From NCBI RefSeq assembly GCF_009914755.1, contig NC_060926.1: a stretch of 64,000 bases of DNA; one strand, written 5' to 3'. Under the pieces are notes generated by a model that made no database searches, had not been told where the DNA came from, and saw only the letters and a program-made list of their open reading frames with translations. The DNA is from the human T2T-CHM13v2.0 reference genome, Homo sapiens. Shown one piece after another: positions 51,621-64,000 of the stretch (position 1 is the first letter of the stretch; the number at the start of each line of letters is the position of its first letter). The position numbers were made by a program, and so were the translations under genes.

Positions 51621-51890
51621 AGATGGGATTTTTGCCTTTTCCCCAGATGGTTGAAGGTTAAGATTTTTGGAAACCCCACCACCTCCTTATTTCTATTATT
51701 ATTTCTGCAAGAAAAGTATAAAGAGAGTTGTAGTGGAGGTGAGATTTGTGATCGGGAAAGCCTTCGACTCCCTCCTTCTCCGTCTTCCGCCTCTCTCTCT
51801 CTGATTAGTTCCTATCCAGCAGCAGATTGAAGCAGGAGATGATTCTTCTCAAGGTTTGTTCAGCAGCTTCACTTCTAGGCGAAGGCTTCA
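51594..51890 (-). other. BAZ2B: Non-coding first exon (5'UTR), probably BAZ2B; TSS approximate
   Basis: Canonical donor AAG|GTGAGT (GTGAGT = 51593-51588); no ATG on the minus strand in 51594-51888; sequence ...cccatctaccgcaactctcagttcgagagtaaag matches my recollection of the BAZ2B mRNA 5'UTR. Confidence 0.72.
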
Positions 51891-51899
51891 TGAACCAAG

Positions 51900-51907
51900 T
51901 GACGTCA
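51900..51907. promoter_or_regulatory. Full palindromic CRE near the inferred TSS
   Basis: TGACGTCA. Confidence 0.65.
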
Positions 51908-54900
51908 ACCAACAAGGCTTCTCTCTCTCTCCTCTCTCTAACAATGAAAGTTGCTGTTAACAAGGGAAAAAAAGAGAGAGAATTGTTTATACCATTTCAG
52001 TTCCAATAATAAATGACCTATCAGCTCCTAAAGGAGCCAAGGGAGGGGGTTGCTTCTTCTTTCCAAGAATACTGTAGCTTTGAGTTTGCACCGTTCCTTG
52101 TCCCAGGAAAAAGTTAAGAAACTTAAAATGTTTTGTTTTGCTTTTAAAGAAGACAGGACAGAAAACGGGATTTAAAACTTAGTTTTTAAAAAAACAAAAG
52201 CTACAGAGTAGGGAGCATAGGTCAACCATCTCCACCTAAATTTTTTTTGTTCCTAAACTCAGAATTCTACAACCCAACTAAATTAATATGCCAAGATTTT
52301 GCGGATGTTAAAACTCAAAAAAAGCAGTATGCAAGACGGTCCCGGGGTAAAATTCTACTGCCTTTCCACGGACAAGTTAAACTGGCTGTAATGTTTATGC
52401 ACTAAGTTAAAATAAAATTTAAATAAAAGACGTTAAAATAGTCGTTTTAAAGTTATATGCACACACTGTAAAAGGTAATCTCGATAGCTTTTTTTCAAGT
52501 TTCTGAGAGATTAGAAAAAAAGCATAGCAAATTGTAGGCACTGAACACTTTTTAAAAATCAAGTTATGAGTAAGACTGGTAGCCCTTTGCTCCTTTAAAC
52601 TACAAATGCAGTCATATGCTATGGTCTACCCCCAGAATCTCTTCCAACTTTGTTTTTACCCTTCCACTCCCCCAACCCCAATTCCCAAATCCTGCAACCA
52701 ATCAAGTTAAACTAAAGATACAATAGGCCCCATTCCCTCCCGCACCCCATCCTATAGATTCCTAAAAACAATTTTTTTAAAAGCCTTAATCTTGATAACA
52801 CTTTATTAGCCAAGAAGATACGTATTTTTTTTTTTAGAAGTTCGTTGAGGTACCGTTTTTTCCCTCCAGAACACAAGAAAGTCTCAAAGTTCATATAATT
52901 AAAAATTGCATAATTTAATTTTCAGGATGAAGAGTAAGTAAAAATTAAGCTATCGGAGAATAATTTGATCATCTATGTATATTTTATACATATGTGGATA
53001 AATGTATCTTAAAAGATGCTATTGTTTTATGTTTCCTCTTCAGCCACTGGCTGTGATTTTAATTGTGCTGGAGGATCTTCATTAGTATTAACACATGGGG
53101 AGATTTCACAAAGCTGCTTCATTAGGAAAAAAAAAAAGCTTGGCAGACTCGGTCTTTTTGCATGCACTGAGAATGTCAGCCTTACCTCGGTCATTTGTAA
53201 CATAATAAGTGCAAGTACAATGATTGCAATGCAGGAGCACTGGGGGAAGGGCAGAAATACTGCCTGTCTAATAGGGATATCTGAAAAGAAGGCTGCTCAT
53301 TACAGAGTAAAATGTATGCTAAAAATTAGTGAAGATGATGTCTCAGGAGACTGATGCTAAATAAATTAATGTGCTGATATGTTTTTAATTATTATTTTTG
53401 TAGTAGTTTATTTCATTCTCAGGATTCACATTGAGCAGCAAAGCTGTGCTAGCACTTATTGATTTTTTTTCCCTGCCACATTCCCGGAATACAGATTTTA
53501 ATCATTTCACTACACCACACTCAGTAATTTCATTAAAAACTGGAATCTTCCATCCCCAGAAAAGCATTTAATTTCAATGACATACAATTTCTCTTTTAGC
53601 AGCAAACTGTCTCTACAGTAAAAACTGGCCTAAGGTTCAAATGCATAATTTAATCCTGAGTTTTCCATGCTCTGCATTCCTTTCAAGCTATAATTTGAGT
53701 AACTACCTAATAACTGTAATAAGGACAATAATTTCCTTATAATATATTATTAACTCATATTTAATTAACTCGGAGGCCAAGCTCTGTACATGTATGACTG
53801 GGTCAACAGTTCTATAATCTCAAAATTTACTAATAATGTTCCAGAAGAAAAATATAGATTAAAATATAAGTATGAATGCACTTAGTATCTAAGACTTCTA
53901 TCCCAAGTCACATACAAAAAAGTTAATGCATTGTTCTATAATGGTGGTCATTAAATAAATAATATTTTTAAGTATGTGGAACTAAAAAATGGAATACACT
54001 GATATTTCTATGCGTAAAGTATTGAATATTAATGTTTTAACAATCTATTACTGACACTTTACCTAATCATTAGCATTACTGTTGAAAATATTTAATTTTG
54101 AAAAGATAAGGAAAAAGTGCTAGATTCAAGTTATCTTGATTTTCATAAAGAATTCTCCCAAAATATACCTCGCTTGAAATAAAGTTAAGTGGCACACTGT
54201 AACTCGAATAATTAAGAATACATCCTTTGCTTAAATACTTCAAACAATATACTGCAAAGCATGGTTCAATTTTTGGTTCCAATAATATTTTGAAATATTG
54301 GGATTGCAGATGCCACACTGGTTTCCCAAACAATGGTTTCATAATGATATGTAATTTACATTGCCTGGATTTTAGAAAAGAAACCTGTGAAAAAAAATAA
54401 TTTAAAGTAATAAAATTCATTAATTTAAATTGTGGAAATATGTCTAATCTACAGAAAAAACAATATATGTAATGAAAGTGATTAACTACTATATAAAAAC
54501 TCCAGTCATTCCCCTGAGTAATTTTAGAATCATAATTCAAAAATTTTTATAAGAATATGTATATGCAATTTCAAGCTGGAGCCATATACAACCCAAAGTT
54601 GTCTTTTACTTGATTGCACAAGGAAGTAACTTATAACAAAATACATCTTATCATCATCAAAAGGTTGGAAAAAAGGGGAAAAGGGGTGACAGTGAAAACC
54701 TTGATTTTAATGTCTTCTAAAGACATTTTAAAATATATTTTTATTATGAAGGGCTCGTTATATACTTCAGGAAATATGTGACATTCCCAATGGTGAAGTT
54801 ATATGGAAATCAATAATTAACAAAATAGTTGCTAAATGAAAGACTGACATAGGTATCTCAAATTCATAAATATATTTCTCTATTTCAATAAAAATAATAA

Positions 54901-55687
54901 AAACTTTAATTTTATATTAAAATATATATTTAAAATTATTTAATGTTATTTGGTAATTCAGATATACAAATTAAAATTATTCAATTTAATCTGTATTTTT
55001 AAACTGATTCTTCTTAAAAAAAAATGATTTCCTAGAAATTTTAAACTGGATTACTCCAAGTATTTGATACCTTCTTACTAAGAAATTGTGCTTAAATTAT
55101 TTTTAAAATATGATTCCTTCCCTTTTTCATGTTATCATACTTTATCATTTCAGAGATTATAACATAATCATACAGTTGAGGGGGAAAACTTCAGATAAAA
55201 TAGTTGCTATAGTTATAAAATAATTTAACTCCCAACAGGACTTCGTCTTCTACCCAAGATCATCATCTGTATTAGTGCTTCATCATGTACATAATTGTGA
55301 TAGAATTTAATGATCAAGCAGATCTTTTCCAATTTTAGTGAATAATTAACTCTGAAATTCTATACCTATTTACCTATCCCACAGACTATGCCACCAATAT
55401 GGACTAAATTGTTGCACTTTCTTCTGTAAAGCAGCATCTGTTTTTACGACAAAGACAGAACTTCTTAAATAGGTAGATATAGAGTTGGATGGCTATCTAA
55501 CTTACTACTATGGGTATTGTAGATGGTTCCTCAAAGAGTAAGAAATTGCTATGTACAGAGAATGAAGTCTAGGAAGGCTGACTACAAAGAAAAACAAACG
55601 AGAGATCTCAACAGTATAACAAGCTGGCCACTGTTATATCTTGTTTCTGTTTCAATCATTACAGCCTAATGAAGCTTTATTTGTTTT

Positions 55688-56480
55688 CATTCATTGAACA
55701 AACATTTGAGTGCTTGCTATATGCTACGCGCTATGCTAGAGGCTGGAAAAACATGAAAAGCTCACATTCTGGTTGATGTAGAAAGTGTGAAATGCCTGGG
55801 AGATTAGAGACTCATATAAATCACATTATAAAGATACAAATAATAAAGTTTTGTGAGAATAAAGAGGATGAGGCAACTAATTCTCACTGAGAGACTAGAA
55901 AAGGCTTTATCAAAGAGATGTTATTTGAACTGCATCTCAAATACTGAGAGCTTACCAGGCAAAGAAGTTCGGGGTGGGAGGTGGTCTTCTAAGTGAAAGA
56001 AACAACAAGTGTAAATATGCAGAGATACTAGATCTGGTGTCCATCCACTAGTGAGAAATTCTGTATGCGGGAATATTCAGTATGGGGAAGGACAGAGATA
56101 AAGGAATGATAGGGATGTCACGACCAAGATGAAGGCTGGGACCTGACAGTAAAAGGCCTAAGTACCATGGTAAGGTGGTTGAATTTATCACAAGAGCCAA
56201 CAAAGGCTAGCAAAGGAGTGGCATGATTGACCTTGTTTTGAGGGAACAGTAACTGTATAGGCAGTGCAAATGATAGACTGTAGTATTAAGAGATTGCTTA
56301 ACAGTCCGTAAGAATGATGGTAGAGACAGTGGCATTGGAGATTTACAGCCAGATATTTCTGAGGTAAAATTTCAGTTTGGTGACTAACTGAAAATAGAAT
56401 TAAGGAAGAGGAAGGAGTGAAAGAGGACTAGAGAAATTTCTGGCTTACAGTAGTTGCTGCAGTCATTAACTATGGGCCAG
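55688..56480 (-). mobile_element. L2 fragment
   Basis: cattcattgaacaaacatttgagtgc...atgctagaggctgg, reverse L2 3' end with downstream L2 motifs. Confidence 0.75.
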
Positions 56481-56559
56481 AATACATAAGGGAAAACAAA
56501 TCATAAAGTAGTCTGGAATTAAAACCTGGCTATGACGCTTTATAGGCCTCTTTTAAAAA

Positions 56560-56752
56560 TGGGATTATCAGAATCAACTGTAGAGATTGTTTTAAATATC
56601 TAGAATTGTCCCCAGTGTCCAGAATTCACTATGTGAATTCAAATGTCCCCAACGTCCAGAATTCACCATGTCTGGGTGGGGGGTCAAGTATTTCTTTTCT
56701 TCTTCAACTCTAAAGACGCTTCTGATAAACATCCCTGATTAAGAACACGGCT
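56560..56752. mobile_element. MER5-like hAT element with internal duplication
   Basis: atcagaatca...ttctgat...taagaac motifs. Confidence 0.5.
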
Positions 56753-57041
56753 GTAAGCACAAATTTGTTAAAAAATTCAGTTGGAAAAAGAAATAAGAAA
56801 AACACAGGAAATCTTGAAAAAGAGAGCTTTGCCAGGGGTGGAGGGGACAATCATAACAGATACTAAAGCATTATAAAACCTTTAAAGCTTAATAGTTGGC
56901 ACTGGCACATGAATAAAAAACCAATAAAACATAATAGGAAAATGAGAAATTGACCCAAGTACATATGGAAATTTAGTATAGATAAAAGCTGTATCTCAAA
57001 GCAGTGAGGAAGAGATGGACTTTTTGATAATTGGTGTTCAA

Positions 57042-57639
<598 letters not shown>

Positions 57640-58083
57640 GGCAACCAAAGTGGTATTCAAATAACTGGGTATTCGTAAGAAAAAGGATAAACTTGGATCT
57701 GCTCCAAAAATAAAACTGAAAAAGATCAGATATTTAAACATGAAGATTTGAACCTATACAAGTACTAAAAAAAATTATGGGAGGATTCCCCAATAATTAG
57801 AGCCTAAAGAAAACTTTCCCAGCAATGGTCAAAACCAGATACAATAAAGGGAAATACTGGTAAATCTTACTACATAAAATAGCTTTTCTATAGCCAAAAC
57901 AAAAACACCACAAGCAAACTATAAAGACAAATGACAAACTGTAAAGAAATATTTGCAACTTATATGAGACAGTTGAATAAACTTATATGTAAAGCCTGCC
58001 TAAAAACAGAGAAGAAAAAGACTAACAACCTGATAGCAAAATGACTAGAGAGATAAGCAGTCATTTTAGAGAAAAAGAAATGG

Positions 58084-58338
58084 GGCCAGGCACAGTGGCT
58101 CATGCCTGTAATGCCAGCACTTTGAGAGGTTGAGGCAGGCAGAGAATTAAAGACCAGCCTAGGCAACATGATGAGACTGTCTCTACAAAAAATACAAAAA
58201 GTAGTGGGGCATGGTGGTGTGCCCCTGTAGTCCCAGCTATTCGAAGCCTGGGAGGTCCAGGCTGCAGTAAGTCATGATCAAACCACTGGACTCCAGCCAG
58301 GGTGACAGAGTGAGACCCTGTCTCAAAAAAAAAAAAAA
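58084..58338 (+). mobile_element. AluJ with deletions
   Basis: Diverged dimer. Confidence 0.88.
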
Positions 58339-58550
58339 GAATGAAAGGAAGAGAGAAACAGGAAAGGAAAGAAAAGAAGAAAGAAAGAGGAAAGAAAAGA
58401 AAGGAAGAGGGAAGGGAAGAGAAGGGAAGGGAGAGGGGAGGGAGAGGGGAGAGGGAAGGGAAGGGAGAGGAAGGGAGAGAAAAAGAAAGATAAAAGGAAA
58501 GAAGGAGGGAGGAGGGAAGGAGGGAAGGAAGGAAGGAAAGAGAGAAAGAG
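58325..58550 (+). repeat. Polypurine (GA-rich) tract
   Basis: 226 nt with only three pyrimidines. Confidence 0.95.
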
Positions 58551-58572
58551 CAAGAGCATGCACGAGAGAGTG

Positions 58573-58742
58573 AGCTGGGTGCAGTGGTATACACCTGTAG
58601 TCGCAGGTACTTGGGAGGTTAACATAAGAAGATCACTTGAGCCTAGGTGTTTGAAGTTGTAATGCACTATAACTAACCACTGCATTACAGCCTGGGCAAT
58701 ATGCAAGACCCTGTCTCAGAAAAAAAACAAAAAACAAAAAAC
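58573..58742 (+). mobile_element. Alu monomer (FAM/FRAM-like)
   Basis: Single diverged arm. Confidence 0.8.
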
Positions 58743-59266
58743 CACACACACACAAAAAGAAATGCCCAAGGGCATTTAAGGGGAAGAAATGCCCCTTAAA
58801 TAAAAACATTTGTAACCTTGCTCATAGTAAGAGAAATGCACATGAAGAATTGCGGAGATACTGTTTCTCATCCTTCAGATTCCCAAAAGTCCAAGTTTTA
58901 CAAAACAGGCTGCTAGTGAGTGAGGCTCCTATAGAAAAAAGGGGCAGTTTTTGTTTCTTTCTTTTTTTCTTCCTCCTCTTCTTTTTGGAGTACAAAATGG
59001 AAAAACCCCAACAAGGGAGAATTTGGCAGTATGTAACAAAGTTACATATGTGTTTATTTTATTTTTGCTAGCAAATCTCACTTCTAAAAATCTGACCAAC
59101 ACTGACAAAAATATGAAAATAGGTATATATACAGGAAGTTATTCTTTGAAGCACTTTATAGCAAAAGCCTGGAAATAATCCAAATATCTGTCATAATGAA
59201 ATGGTTGAATTAATTATGGAACATCCACACAGTGGAGTACTATGCAGTTTTTAAAAAGGCATGAGG

Positions 59267-64000
<4,734 letters not shown>

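Larger units (their letters stand above)
50600..52435 (+). ncRNA. Probable antisense lncRNA overlapping exon 1 (BAZ2B-AS1-like); boundaries inferred
   Basis: CRE, YY1 and GC boxes at the left end; AATAAA at 52008 and ~52411/52422; recall of an antisense transcript at this promoter. Confidence 0.4.

Noticed and set aside
54076-54540. 154-aa minus-strand ORF in unique DNA
   Set aside because: Non-ATG start, F/I/L/Y-rich composition expected from AT-rich DNA, and no recognisable domain.
58100-58706. Long S/L/P/F-rich and K/E/G/R-rich ORFs
   Set aside because: Artefacts of the polypurine tract and adjacent Alus.

Overview
Primate, almost certainly human, genomic DNA with no intact protein-coding sequence. 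The main feature is a CpG-island promoter at ~50.2-52.0 kb, with a non-coding minus-strand first exon ending at a canonical donor (AAG|GTGAGT, exon edge 51594). From recall of the mRNA 5'UTR I read this as BAZ2B exon 1 (moderate confidence, not checked against a database). Positions 1-51593 would then be intron 1 and the rest upstream flank, with a probable overlapping antisense transcript. The remainder is repeat-rich: about 40 Alu copies or monomers, a 5'-truncated L1PA with a 13-bp target-site duplication (TSD), a long L1PA7/8-like element running off the right edge, old L1M/L2/MIR, solo LTRs (MER21, MST/MLT1, MER57), DNA transposon fossils and a hidden retroposed 5S rRNA pseudogene. I found no convincing novel biological system. 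The best leads are: a strong splice acceptor inside exon 1 (possible hybrid exon); an ORF0-like antisense ORF in the upstream L1 pointing at the gene; splice signals on both strands of exon 1; twin perfect CREs bracketing the island; a ~12 kb transposon-poor zone; and several micro-duplication or template-switch scars. Repeat subfamily names come from recalled consensus features and boundaries are approximate.
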